Part shown: positions 8,732 to 18,463 of the stretch, piece after piece
Layout of the letters: each line of letters begins with the position of its first letter
How positions within the stretch are numbered: the stretch's first letter is position 1
Source: Pyrinomonadaceae bacterium
GTDB taxonomy: Bacteria > Acidobacteriota > Blastocatellia > Pyrinomonadales > Pyrinomonadaceae
DNA: 64,000 nt
Direction: 5' to 3'
Assembly (NCBI GenBank): GCA_047600985.1
Contig: JASGKA010000001.1
Location: 288,105-352,104 of the forward strand
Made by a program: the position numbers and the translations under genes
The notes under the pieces: model-generated
Databases searched by the model: none
Told to the model about the DNA's origin: nothing
Seen by the model: only the letters and a program-made list of their open reading frames with translations

Positions 8732-9790
8732 TCAGAACAGCGAAAGCTGCTCAACTTGAGGCACTGCTTCCACATCCACATTGTCGTTTCGCATCGACCT
8801 CACATTAAAACCGAGCCGCTTAGCGTGAAAATCGAACAGCTTTTGAGTAACTTCCCACTGCTCTGTTTTGCCGATTCCGCGTTCTTTGTAAGTTCTATGA
8901 CGAAGCGTTCCGCCACGCTCGCGTTTCATGGTATTAACGATCTTCGCAACACGCGTCGGCGGCAAACGCTCGTGCATTTTTTCGACAAAGTACGATTCGA
9001 TCGAATCGGTATCGAGATGCAGCAGCGACATAAATGCGCGAGTTGCTCCAGATTCTTTCGCACGTTCGAGCAGGCCCGGAATATCCGATTCGTTATAACC
9101 CGGAATGATCGGCGCAATCCCGATACCGACCGTGATCCCTGCATCCGCGATCGTCCTCATCGCCCGGAAACGAGCCTCCGGTACAGCCGTGTATGGCTCG
9201 AAAGGGTTTGATCGCTCCTTTGTAAGAAATGGAAGTGAGAAAAACACCGTCACCTTTTGGAGCCTCTTTAGCAGGTCGATATCGCGCGTCACAAGCGGTG
9301 CTTTAGTAATAACGCCAACCGGTACCTGAAACTCTACGCAGACCTCAAGACATTTCCGCGTCAGCTCGTAACTCGCCTCGAGCGGCAGATATGGATCGGT
9401 CGCAAATGAAAAATCGAGATGCGGCATCTTGTCTCGGGTCCTTTTGAGTTCCTGACGAAGCAATTCGGGAGCGTTAGGCTTCACAACGATCTTTGTCTCA
9501 AAATCCGTTCCGGCCCCGTAACCCAAATATTCGTGATACTGTCGTGCAAAACAGTACGTGCAGCCATGAACGCAGCCGCGATAGCAATTGACCGTATAAC
9601 GCCAACCGCCTTCCCAGTCCGAAGCAAACGCCTTCGTTATCATTTTTTTGGTCGCTAATTCCTCGAAAACCTCGAGCTTTGTTGGCGGCGGTTCACCGAC
9701 GTATTCGGATGTGTATTTGTTGTAGGGATTCGGTGGGTTAATAATTTGTCGCACATGTGCAACAATAATGCATAGGCAAAAGAATCGCAA
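8732..9790 (-). CDS. radical SAM protein, SplB / DNA-repair-photolyase-like (COG1533 family)
   Basis: CVHGCTYC is a CX3CX2C cluster. N-terminal NPPNPYNKY resembles the SNPxNRF motif of this family. 352 aa. Confidence 0.65.
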   Translation of the reverse strand: MRFFCLCIIVAHVRQIINPPNPYNKYTSEYVGEPPPTKLEVFEELATKKMITKAFASDWEGGWRYTVNCYRGCVHGCTYCFARQYHEYLGYGAGTDFETKIVVKPNAPELLRQELKRTRDKMPHLDFSFATDPYLPLEASYELTRKCLEVCVEFQVPVGVITKAPLVTRDIDLLKRLQKVTVFFSLPFLTKERSNPFEPYTAVPEARFRAMRTIADAGITVGIGIAPIIPGYNESDIPGLLERAKESGATRAFMSLLHLDTDSIESYFVEKMHERLPPTRVAKIVNTMKRERGGTLRHRTYKERGIGKTEQWEVTQKLFDFHAKRLGFNVRSMRNDNVDVEAVPQVEQLSLF

Positions 9791-9797
9791 CTCGGAA

Positions 9798-10322
9798 CTA
9801 TAGGTCAGTCTGCATCAACAAATCAGTTTGCGGATCCGAACCGAGCTGAAAAACGTGCTTACCAACCTCGCGAAAACCATTCTTGCGGTAAAACGCTTGC
9901 GCTCGCGGGTTGTATTCCCAGACCCCGAGCCACATAACGTCATGATCGTTCGATCTGGCAAACTCAAAGCTCGCATCCATTAAGTTTTGCCCGACCCCTT
10001 TGCCCAGAAATTCCTGATGAGAGTAGAGCCGTGAAAGCTCGATAGGTTTAGTCGCCGTTATTCCGTCTTCGATGCTGCCGATGATCAGTTTTGCGTAACC
10101 GGCGGATTTCCCCTCGATCTCCGCGATGAGAAAGATCGAATTTTCGTCCGCAAGTTCCTCTGCGATCTGCTCGACGGTGAAAGCCTGACGCATGTAATGG
10201 TTCAGATCGTCCGGAGCGTTTTTCGGATGGTGTGCGAAAGCGTCCCAGAAGGTCGTGTAGGCGAGATCGGTAAGAGGTTTGGCGTCGTCGACGGTGGCTT
10301 TGCGGATGGAAACGGGATTCAT
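9798..10322 (-). CDS. GNAT family N-acetyltransferase
   Basis: 174 aa. Acetyl-CoA binding motif QEFLGKGVGQNLM, and C-terminal AFYRKNGFREVG typical of GNAT. Confidence 0.75.
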   Translation of the reverse strand: MNPVSIRKATVDDAKPLTDLAYTTFWDAFAHHPKNAPDDLNHYMRQAFTVEQIAEELADENSIFLIAEIEGKSAGYAKLIIGSIEDGITATKPIELSRLYSHQEFLGKGVGQNLMDASFEFARSNDHDVMWLGVWEYNPRAQAFYRKNGFREVGKHVFQLGSDPQTDLLMQTDL

Positions 10323-10325
10323 GGA

Positions 10326-11219
10326 TTAGGAAGAGTAAGTCTGGTCGGACAGCGTATCAACGCGCGACGTCAACCGAACGCGCAGAACGTTGGCGACCTC
10401 GCCGACGATCGAGTCTTGCAAAGCAAAGATATTCGACGCATCGTCGTCAAACGTTTTCGCCCAGATGATGCGTGCGTCATCGACATCGACCATCTCGACC
10501 GTGATACGAATGCGGTTCTCCGCTCGCTGGACCGAGCCCGTCACGATCGAGTCCACATTCAGTTCACGGCCAGCCGCCATCACATCGCGATCGGCAATCG
10601 ATGCCGAACCCGGCCGAACTGTCAGATCTGCAACACTACCGAGCCGTGCACGCAGAGTTTCACTGATCCCTTGCCCAATAAACTCATCACCGCGATCAGA
10701 TCTGAATTGAAGGACCGCAAGGCTCTGCTGTGAATTCCCAGCGACCGCATTCTTCAAGGCGGAAACAAAGAATGGTGAGCAGAAAGCGACTATATAAAGG
10801 ATAGCGATCGTAACGCCGGTTCGTCGGGCTCTATCAATTTCGGCAGCGTAGGTGAAGACTCTTGATCGGGCCGACGGCTTCCTCGTCGTTTCAACAGCAG
10901 CCAACTTTCGAACCGGAATAACGAAACTATATCCTTTGCCGGGAATGGTTACGATGAATTCGGCGTTACCGAACGTCTTTCTAAGCGTCGATATTTGCTG
11001 ATTGAGATTATTTCCCTCGACAACCGTATCGCTCCAAACCGCCTCGATCAAAGCCTCGCGTGTCAACGTTTTGCCGGAGTTTTTGAGAAGTATTGTCAGC
11101 GTATCAAACGCTTTTGAACTCAGCGGAAGCGATTCATCGCCGCAATACAGCCTCCTGGCTAGAGTATCGACTCTGAAGGAGCCAAACTCATAAATTGTAT
11201 CTGCTGAGCTGTTGTCCAT
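10326..11219 (-). CDS. CadC/ToxR-like one-component transcriptional regulator (winged-helix OmpR/PhoB-type DNA-binding domain, TM, periplasmic domain)
   Basis: YEFGSFRVDTLARRLYCGDESLPLSSKAFDTLTILLKNSGKTLTREALIEAVWSDTVVEGNNLNQQISTLRK is a trans_reg_C wHTH. TM helix IAILYIVAFCSPFFVSAL. The ORF runs to 11393, but the internal ATG at 11219 is preferred because the upstream ORF 11270..11623 would otherwise overlap. Confidence 0.6.
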   Translation of the reverse strand: MDNSSADTIYEFGSFRVDTLARRLYCGDESLPLSSKAFDTLTILLKNSGKTLTREALIEAVWSDTVVEGNNLNQQISTLRKTFGNAEFIVTIPGKGYSFVIPVRKLAAVETTRKPSARSRVFTYAAEIDRARRTGVTIAILYIVAFCSPFFVSALKNAVAGNSQQSLAVLQFRSDRGDEFIGQGISETLRARLGSVADLTVRPGSASIADRDVMAAGRELNVDSIVTGSVQRAENRIRITVEMVDVDDARIIWAKTFDDDASNIFALQDSIVGEVANVLRVRLTSRVDTLSDQTYSS

Positions 11220-11269
11220 GTGAATGAGGCGATTATATAGCAGTTTGCGGCGAGACGACAAGAAATTCG

Positions 11270-11623
11270 TTAAACTCGATCTAGAAAATTCTCTAGAACA
11301 AACACCTTTCTCAGCCTTAGGCGAACCGGCGTCTGGACGAGTGCGGCTGCTTTCAGGCTTTCGAAGCCTGACATGAAAAATGGTTCTTTGCAAGACGGAA
11401 TTTGGTCGAGCCAGGATGGAATATTCAAATGCATCTCATCGCATAAAGTCTCGATCACTCCAGCCAAAACGGCGTCGCGCTTTTCATCGTCCGTCTCGAA
11501 AGGCGTTGCTACTGCACTGAGGTCACGATGTCGTCGGAAATCATCAACGAAATCAAAAAGAGCTACCTTCCACCATTCCGGATCTTCGCGAAATCTCTGT
11601 TTTGTTTCAACGCAGCTTATCAT
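11270..11623 (-). CDS. hypothetical protein
   Basis: 117-aa ORF filling the gap between the VWA and CadC-like genes. No recognisable motif. Confidence 0.35.
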   Translation of the reverse strand: MISCVETKQRFREDPEWWKVALFDFVDDFRRHRDLSAVATPFETDDEKRDAVLAGVIETLCDEMHLNIPSWLDQIPSCKEPFFMSGFESLKAAALVQTPVRLRLRKVFVLENFLDRV

Positions 11624-11653
11624 CCTGAAAATATGGGTCCAACAACGAATCTC

Positions 11654-12604
11654 CTAGCGGCCAATATAAACATTACGCGAACGAACAATCAACCCAGGTT
11701 TTTTAATGCGGACCTCAATTTTTCGAACTTCATTTTTTTTCGCAATGGTTTGTGGGTAGTAGCCGATGCTGTATTGGCGGCGTAATTCCTCGGCGACATT
11801 CTGAAAGGATGTGGAGAGATTATCGCGAAAGACTTTACCGCCAGTTTGTTCGGCAAGGTCGTTCAGATAGGCGTTGGCAATTTTGTCATAGATCGCGACA
11901 TCTGAACCAAACTTGATGCAGTACACGAGTGCGGACGATGAGACCGCTTCCCTCAGACTGGTTTCATAGGTCGACTTCCTGATCCCGTTGGCGGGAAGCG
12001 GTGTGCCGTCGATTCCGTCGGTAAATAATACAAGAGCTTTTCGTCCGGTCAGCCTTTTCAGGACGCGTTGGCTCACCACTTCGACCACCGGATAAAGAAA
12101 CGTGCCGCTTCGGTAAACCTCAAGGCGCTTGATCTCTTTCCGGAGAGTCTCGCGATCAAGCAAATTTGTGTTTAAAACATGCATTCCTTCATTGAAAACT
12201 ATTGCCTCAATCCGGTCTGTGGGTCTCAACTGATCAATGAATTTAAGGCTGGCGGACTTAATTTGTTCGAGATTGTTCTGCATAGATCCGCTAAGATCCA
12301 TCAACAGCACGACGGTAAACGGCTGTTCAACATTCGCAAAGTACTCGATCCTCTGCTCGACTCCGTTTTCAAAGATCACGAAATCGTCCTGCACGAGAGT
12401 CGTGACAAGTTTACGATCCTTACCAAATACGCTTACAGAAACGTCCACCAGCGAAGTATCTACACGAATATCATCCTCAGGTTCAGTGACTTTTAGATCG
12501 GTCTTGGTTGGAGGGACTTGAGCAAAACGGAACTCTGTTAGGACAAGGCAAGACAGTATTAAGAGGAACCCAAGGCGTGAGTATCTAATCATTCTTGGCT
12601 TCAT
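11654..12604 (-). CDS. VWA (von Willebrand factor type A) domain-containing secreted protein
   Basis: 316 aa with signal peptide. The MIDAS-like motif in VVLLMDLSGSM is DxSxS. Typical Acidobacteria VWA architecture. Confidence 0.65.
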   Translation of the reverse strand: MKPRMIRYSRLGFLLILSCLVLTEFRFAQVPPTKTDLKVTEPEDDIRVDTSLVDVSVSVFGKDRKLVTTLVQDDFVIFENGVEQRIEYFANVEQPFTVVLLMDLSGSMQNNLEQIKSASLKFIDQLRPTDRIEAIVFNEGMHVLNTNLLDRETLRKEIKRLEVYRSGTFLYPVVEVVSQRVLKRLTGRKALVLFTDGIDGTPLPANGIRKSTYETSLREAVSSSALVYCIKFGSDVAIYDKIANAYLNDLAEQTGGKVFRDNLSTSFQNVAEELRRQYSIGYYPQTIAKKNEVRKIEVRIKKPGLIVRSRNVYIGR

Positions 12605-12623
12605 AAGCTCCGTTTCGATACGA

Positions 12624-13802
12624 TCACTTTCCGCTCATGATCAACTTAGCGATCGTCTGAAGCTGCATATTCGATGTGCCTTCGTAGATTGCCCCGATCT
12701 TTGAGTCACGCCAGAACTTTTCGACTGGGTAATCTTTCACGTAGCCATAGCCTCCGAAAAGCTCGATGGCTTTCGAAGAAACGGCCTCGGCGCAGCGGGA
12801 TGAGTAGAGTTTTGCCATCGCGGCTTCTTTTAAGAATGGCTTGCCAGCATCCTTGAGTCGCGCAGCGTTGTAAACGAGCAGGCGAGTGGCTTCGATCTCG
12901 AGGGCCATTTCGGCGAGCTGAAACTGAACTGCCTGAAAATTGCCGATCGCCTGGCCAAACTGCTCGCGTTCCTTTGTGTATTTAACGGCGGCCTCGAACG
13001 CTCCCTGAGCGATTCCCAGCATTTGGGCTCCGATGCCGACGCGGCCTTCGTTGAGAGTTTCGATCGATATCTTATAGCCCTTGCCGACCTCGCCGAGGAC
13101 GTTTTCCTTCGGGACTTTGCAGCCGTCGAGGATCAGTTCGGTCGTTGACGAAGCGCGAATACCAAGCTTGTCTTCCTTTTTACCAACAGAAAATCCTTCG
13201 AAGCTTTTTTCGACAATAAAGGCCGTGATTCCTTTATATCCTGCATCCGGATCGATCGTCGCAAATACGATAAATATCTCAGCCTCGTTTCCGTTTGTGA
13301 TCCAGAGCTTCTGGCCGTTTAGTTCGTAAAGATCGCCCTTATCGACCGCTCGAGTCTTTAGTGCAAATGCGTCCGAGCCCGAGCCTGCTTCGGAAAGGGC
13401 AAATGCTCCGACCTTCGACTCTGACATCTGCGAGAGATACTTTTTCTTTAGCTCTTCATTTCCCCAACGCATAAATGCATTGGTCACGAGGGTGTTGTGA
13501 ACATCTACAAATACCGACAGCGAAGCATCGACGCGGGCGATCTCTTCGATCGCGAGAATGGCGTTGAAGATCGTCGAGCCCGCACCGCCGTATTCCTCAG
13601 GTGATTCGATCGCCATCAGGCCGAGCTCGAAGCATTGTTTGATCAGATCAGGATCGAGTTTAGAGGCGTGTTCCATCTGCTCGACGCGCGGACGAACCTC
13701 GCCCTCGGCAAACTCGCGGACAGAGGCACGAAACAGTTCCTCTTCTTCTGATAAAACGGTCAATCCATCAGGCAATAATGCGGCGGCAGCGGCTGTACTC
13801 AT
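12624..13802 (-). CDS. acyl-CoA dehydrogenase (short/branched-chain type)
   Basis: 392 aa. Carries the full ACAD motif set (GGYGY, ...IYEGTSNMQLQTIAK...) and the FAD/CoA-binding pattern. Confidence 0.85.
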   Translation of the reverse strand: MSTAAAAALLPDGLTVLSEEEELFRASVREFAEGEVRPRVEQMEHASKLDPDLIKQCFELGLMAIESPEEYGGAGSTIFNAILAIEEIARVDASLSVFVDVHNTLVTNAFMRWGNEELKKKYLSQMSESKVGAFALSEAGSGSDAFALKTRAVDKGDLYELNGQKLWITNGNEAEIFIVFATIDPDAGYKGITAFIVEKSFEGFSVGKKEDKLGIRASSTTELILDGCKVPKENVLGEVGKGYKISIETLNEGRVGIGAQMLGIAQGAFEAAVKYTKEREQFGQAIGNFQAVQFQLAEMALEIEATRLLVYNAARLKDAGKPFLKEAAMAKLYSSRCAEAVSSKAIELFGGYGYVKDYPVEKFWRDSKIGAIYEGTSNMQLQTIAKLIMSGK

Positions 13803-13882
13803 ATAATTTCTAAATCGGGTTTTGTTAAATAACTATCGATAAAATACCATTCTAATCAAGCCATCTGGCAAAGGCAAAGCAC

Positions 13883-14932
13883 GTGAATTCCGCTATCGAA
13901 ACCCCGCAGCCCACACAAAAACGCTTTACGAAACTAAAACTGGCAGCTGTCATCCTGACCCTCTGCGGTATCGGTTTATTCGGGCTACTCGTCTATTCGA
14001 TCGGGTTTCACGAGATATATGAAGGCGTTGTGCGGTTCGGGTTCGCTGGTTTTGCGGTGATTCTGACGATCTATTTTTTCAGGATCTGTGCCCGTGCTTA
14101 TGCATGGAAGCTTTCGGTCCACGCTCCGTATCATCTCTCTATGCGCGACACGATTCCCGGTGTTGTGATCGGTGAGGCGATGAGCAGCACTTTACCGCTC
14201 GGGATCATTATCAGCGGTACATCCAAAGCCGTCGCGGTTCGCCAAAGGATACCGCTTGTCGCCGGACTCTCGTCAGTCGCGACGGAAAACCTTTTTTACA
14301 GCTTTATTACCGGAATACACCTCATTCTCGGGGCGATCGTGATGCTGCGGGTTTCTGTCGTCGAGGAGAGCGTCGTCTGGACCATAAATGCGATGATCGC
14401 GACGCTGATCATCCTGATCTTGCTTGGCATTCTCATGGTCATCCGCCAATGGCACATGGCGAGTGAATTGTGCGAGATGGTCTATCGACGCGGTTATCTT
14501 AAGAAGATACTCGAAAACGGACGGATGCACGTCAGGCTATTCGAGAACCTGATCTACGGCTTCTATCGCCAGCATCCGCACCGTTTCGTCCCGATCTGCT
14601 TGCTCGAGGGCATCTATCACGCTCTCGGCGTAACCGAAGTTTTCTACATCCTCAGCCGCCTGAACGGTGAAAGTGCAAGCTGGCTGACCGCATTCCTGCT
14701 CGAATCCATCAGCCGACTCGTGACTATCGTTTTCAAAGCGATTCCGTTCAACATCGGCGTCGACGAGGCCGGTGCGCAATACGTCGGCAATGCTATCGCT
14801 CTCGCAAGCGGAGTAGGCGTTACTCTTGCCATCATTCGCAAGGGCCGGATCTTATTTTGGACCGCCGCCGGCTGGATCCTCATTGCAAAACGCGGGCTCT
14901 CGTTCAAAGAGCTTTCTCAAACTCAGCAATAG
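13883..14932 (+). CDS. flippase-like / lysylphosphatidylglycerol-synthase-TM-domain (UPF0104) membrane protein
   Basis: 349 aa, polytopic membrane protein. N-terminal pattern KLKLAAVILTLCGIGLFGLL...YFFRICARAYAWKL is typical of TIGR00374-like proteins. Confidence 0.6.
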   Translation: MNSAIETPQPTQKRFTKLKLAAVILTLCGIGLFGLLVYSIGFHEIYEGVVRFGFAGFAVILTIYFFRICARAYAWKLSVHAPYHLSMRDTIPGVVIGEAMSSTLPLGIIISGTSKAVAVRQRIPLVAGLSSVATENLFYSFITGIHLILGAIVMLRVSVVEESVVWTINAMIATLIILILLGILMVIRQWHMASELCEMVYRRGYLKKILENGRMHVRLFENLIYGFYRQHPHRFVPICLLEGIYHALGVTEVFYILSRLNGESASWLTAFLLESISRLVTIVFKAIPFNIGVDEAGAQYVGNAIALASGVGVTLAIIRKGRILFWTAAGWILIAKRGLSFKELSQTQQ

Positions 14933-14960
14933 AGTAGAAATTAAATCAGCAAGCGAACCT

Positions 14961-16494
14961 CTATTCCAGGCCCACGAAATCCACATTTGTCACGCTCGTC
15001 GTAAACTGAAGTATCTGCGGCGAAAAACGGAATCGCTTCGAAACAACGCTGACAGTATACGTTTCGCCGATGATCACATTGTCGAAAGTATAGATACCGA
15101 AAGAGCTGGTCGTCGTGGTTCGTTTTACGTTCGACCTGTCTGTCATGCTGACGGTAGCATTTCTAAGCGGAAGGCCGGAAGGAGTTATCACCCGTCCGCT
15201 GATATTAACGCTCGGTGTGGTGAAGATGTAAGCTGAACCCGCATTCGCTATCGGATTCAGATCGTCAAAAAACTCTCCTACCAACGCCGTATTTCCACTG
15301 ATAGCGACCGAGGATCCGAAGAAATCCTCAGGAGCTCCACCATCAAAAGGTATCAGTTCTTGTTGTTCTGTCCAGATATTGTTGTTTCTTGTATATACGT
15401 AGGCCGTACCAGAACTAATACCGCCCGGCGTGTCCCCGGCGATGGCTCCGACGATTATCGTGTTCCCACCGACTGCGACCGCATAACCAAAATCATCTAT
15501 CGCCGCCCCATCAGACGCCGCCAAATGCTGCTGCTCGGTCCAAACCGTACCGTTGCGTGTAAATGCATATGCCGATCCCGCGCTGTCACCTCGGGCCGTG
15601 TCATCAAAGAATGCTCCTATCACAACCGTATTGCCGCTAATTGCAACTGCATTTCCGAAAAAATCACCTTCCGCAGCATCCGAAGCCGAGAGTTTTTGCT
15701 GCTGCGTCCAGACACCTGCGACGCGAACGAAAATATATGCTGAACCGGCATCCGTTGCGGTAGCAGAATCATCCTGGTATGAACCGGCAACGATCGTGTC
15801 GCCGTTTATGCCGACCGAAAATCCAAAGTTATCACTCGGTCCGGCATCCACTGCGTTTAGTTTTTGCTGTAGGCTCCAGACTCCGGAGGTTCGCGTATAA
15901 ACATATGCGGAACCGGCATTTTGAAGGCCCGGAGACGAATCGGCAAAGGCTCCGATAACGATCTGTATCGCCGCTGATCGCAACCGAATGGCCAAAAATA
16001 TCGAAACTCGATCGGTCGAATGCGGTTAGTTTCTGCTGAAATATCCAGTTGCTGCCCGACCGCACGAACACATAAACTGAACCGGTCGAAAAATCGTCTC
16101 GATCTGCTCCGATCACAAGGGTATCGTTCGTCATTGCGACCGACGCCCCGAAATTATCATTAGCCTCGCCGTCATCGGCGACCAGCTTTTGCTGTTGGGT
16201 CCAGACATTTCCGCTCCGTGTATAGATGTAAACGGAGCCTGCACTATCACCTGCAGGCGTATCGTCGTTGTATGACCCGACAACCGCGATATCGCCGTTT
16301 GTGGCAACCGAAGCGCCGAAGAAATCGTTTTCACCCGCATCCTGGGCCGTCAGTTTTGCCGACTGCAAAAACGCGGCAGGTGCTTGCATCAGATCGTCGT
16401 TCATCCTTGGCGTGGCCGCTAGCCCCGCGTAACCAAAGCTGAGAATAAATAGAAATGACCCGATGATCGATTTGTTTGCGCTTGAAAATTTCAT
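14961..16494 (-). pseudogene. FG-GAP repeat surface protein with C-terminal CarboxypepD_reg-like domain, interrupted by a 1-nt frameshift near 15965
   Basis: Two overlapping ORFs (15832..16560 and 14961..15995) both carry FGxSVAxxGDT..VGxxxDD FG-GAP units. The frame switches inside one repeat (FGHSVAISGDT | IVIGAFADS). Signal-peptide start at 16494 (MKFSSANKSIIGSFLFILSFGYAGLAA) with AGGAGGAG SD. Confidence 0.55.
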
Positions 16495-16680
16495 GATCTC
16501 CTCCTGTGTGATCCGAATATTAGGCCTCGGAAATAACCTTTTTCGTGATAAAATCGTCACCTTCCGGGTAATATTTCGTGACGTACTAGAGTCTGCGGCA
16601 GGAGCAACGGGAATTTCTTTAGGAAACCGTGAAGTCTTTCTGAGGTTTTGTTGAAGTTTTTGTGAATACAGGCTATCTCG

Positions 16681-18456
16681 ATGAACAGCAGCTTTTCATT
16701 CGGCAATTTTCACATTAACGGAGGCGAGCGATTGCTCTATGACGGTAGTACGCCAGTTACACTTCCGCCAAAGATCTTCGACACGCTCCTGATGCTGGTT
16801 CAGAACGCCGGACACGTGCTTAGCAAAGAAAAAATGCTTGCCGAGATATGGGAAGATAGTTTTGTCGAGGAAAATAATCTAGCTCAAAACATCTCGCATC
16901 TTCGCCGTGTTTTAGGCGAAACACAGCAGGTCAAGTTTATCGAGACGGTACCGAAATTCGGATACCGTTTTGTAGCGACGGTGGATTCGCTACCGCAAAG
17001 TATTGAATCTGCGGTCACGCACGAGGTGATCGAGCGAACAAGTGCTCGGATCTACGTCGATGATGGTTCCGAGCCTATCGAATTAGAACCCGCGACGCCC
17101 GAACCACGAGCGTTACCAAAACGTCGCCCGGAAACTCATTACGTCCAGAATGGCGAGGTCAATATTGCCTATCAGATCGTTGGTGACGGCCCGATCGATA
17201 TTGTTTTCGTGATGGGTTGGATCTCGCACCTTGAGTATTTCTGGAAGCATCACCTTTTCTCCACTTTCCTCGAACGCCTCGCTTCCTTTTCACGGCTGAT
17301 CCTATTTGATAAGCGCGGAACGGGGCTGTCTGATCGCATGCCGATCTCGGCCCTTCCTACACTCGAAGAGCGGATGGACGATGTTCGAGCCGTAATGGAC
17401 GCGGTCGGGTCAGAACGTGCTGTTCTCTTCGGTGTTTCGGAAGGCGGACCAATGTGTTCGCTATTTGCTGCGACATATCCCGAACGAACAAGTGCGGTCG
17501 TAATGTTCGGCACTTATGCGAAACGAATAAAGGACGATGACTATCCATGGGCACCGACGATCGAGCAGCGAAATAAGTTCTTCGACATTGTCCGAAGCGA
17601 TTGGGGAACTCCGGTCGGGATCGAGGAACGAGCACCGTCGATGGCAAACGATCCAGAGTTTCGCGACTGGTGGGCTGAGTATCTGCGAATGGGTGCCAGC
17701 CCGGGTGCGGCCGTCGCCCTTACAAAGATGAATTCAGAGATCGATGTCAGGAATGTCCTGCCGCTCGTTCGCGTTCCGACGCTTGTGATGCATCGGCAGG
17801 ACGACATGTGCCTCAAGGTCGAAGAAGGCCGTTTTGTTGCGGGGCAAATTCCCGGAGCAAAATACGTCGAGATGAACGGCGTCGATCATCTGCCCTTCGT
17901 AGGTGATCAGGATGCGGTTCTGGACGAGATCGAAGAATTTGTGACTGGCGTCCGGTTTGCCGGTGAATACGACCGCGTGCTCGCAACCGTGATGCACGTT
18001 AAGATCGTCGATCATATTGATGAAGCAACGCGTCGTGGCCGAGCCGATTGGGAACGGCTATTTCAACGTTCAGGCGACTACATTCGTCGACAGCTCAGTC
18101 TATTCAAGGGCAAACACGTGTCATACGACGAAACCGGCGTCCTGGCGGCATTCGACGGCCCCGCACGCGCGATCAGGTGTGCAGCGGCTATAACGCAATC
18201 CGCAAACCGGCTCGGCGTTCAAGTCAAAACCGGTCTTCACACCGGCGAGTGCGACGTTATCGGTGATTCATACGGCGGTTTTGCCGTCGCACTTGCGAAA
18301 GAGATCGCGGGCGAATCGCCGGAGGGCAGCATTCTGGTCTCGCGAACAGTAAAAGACCTCGTCGCTGGCTCGGGACTAGAGTTTTCCGAAGTCAGCAAGA
18401 GAGCCTTCGACGGCGTCGATGGTGAATGGCGACTATTTCGAGTGGAAGGCCTTTAA
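16681..18456 (+). CDS. multidomain one-component regulator: CadC-type wHTH DNA-binding domain + alpha/beta-hydrolase fold + class III nucleotidyl cyclase homology domain
   Basis: N-terminal LLYDGSTPVTLPPKIFDTLLMLVQNAGHVLSKEKMLAEIWEDSFVEENNLAQNISHLRRVLGE is a wHTH. Middle: NIAYQIVGDGPIDIVFVMGWISH...GVSEGGPM is an alpha/beta-hydrolase nucleophile-elbow-like region. C-terminal GLHTGECDVIGDSYGGFAVALAKEIA is a cyclase homology domain. Confidence 0.7.
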   Translation: MNSSFSFGNFHINGGERLLYDGSTPVTLPPKIFDTLLMLVQNAGHVLSKEKMLAEIWEDSFVEENNLAQNISHLRRVLGETQQVKFIETVPKFGYRFVATVDSLPQSIESAVTHEVIERTSARIYVDDGSEPIELEPATPEPRALPKRRPETHYVQNGEVNIAYQIVGDGPIDIVFVMGWISHLEYFWKHHLFSTFLERLASFSRLILFDKRGTGLSDRMPISALPTLEERMDDVRAVMDAVGSERAVLFGVSEGGPMCSLFAATYPERTSAVVMFGTYAKRIKDDDYPWAPTIEQRNKFFDIVRSDWGTPVGIEERAPSMANDPEFRDWWAEYLRMGASPGAAVALTKMNSEIDVRNVLPLVRVPTLVMHRQDDMCLKVEEGRFVAGQIPGAKYVEMNGVDHLPFVGDQDAVLDEIEEFVTGVRFAGEYDRVLATVMHVKIVDHIDEATRRGRADWERLFQRSGDYIRRQLSLFKGKHVSYDETGVLAAFDGPARAIRCAAAITQSANRLGVQVKTGLHTGECDVIGDSYGGFAVALAKEIAGESPEGSILVSRTVKDLVAGSGLEFSEVSKRAFDGVDGEWRLFRVEGL

Positions 18457-18463
18457 AGCATCA

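Noticed and set aside
10326-11393. Full-length ORF-track start for the CadC-like regulator
   Set aside because: The extension adds 58 aa of Arg/Ser-rich low-complexity sequence and would overlap ORF 11270..11623. The internal ATG at 11219 begins exactly at the wHTH domain.
17980-18456. C-terminal cyclase homology domain interpreted as an active adenylyl cyclase / cAMP source
   Set aside because: By eye both canonical metal-coordinating Asp positions appear substituted (Lys, Val), so it is treated as a probably degenerate regulatory domain pending a real alignment.
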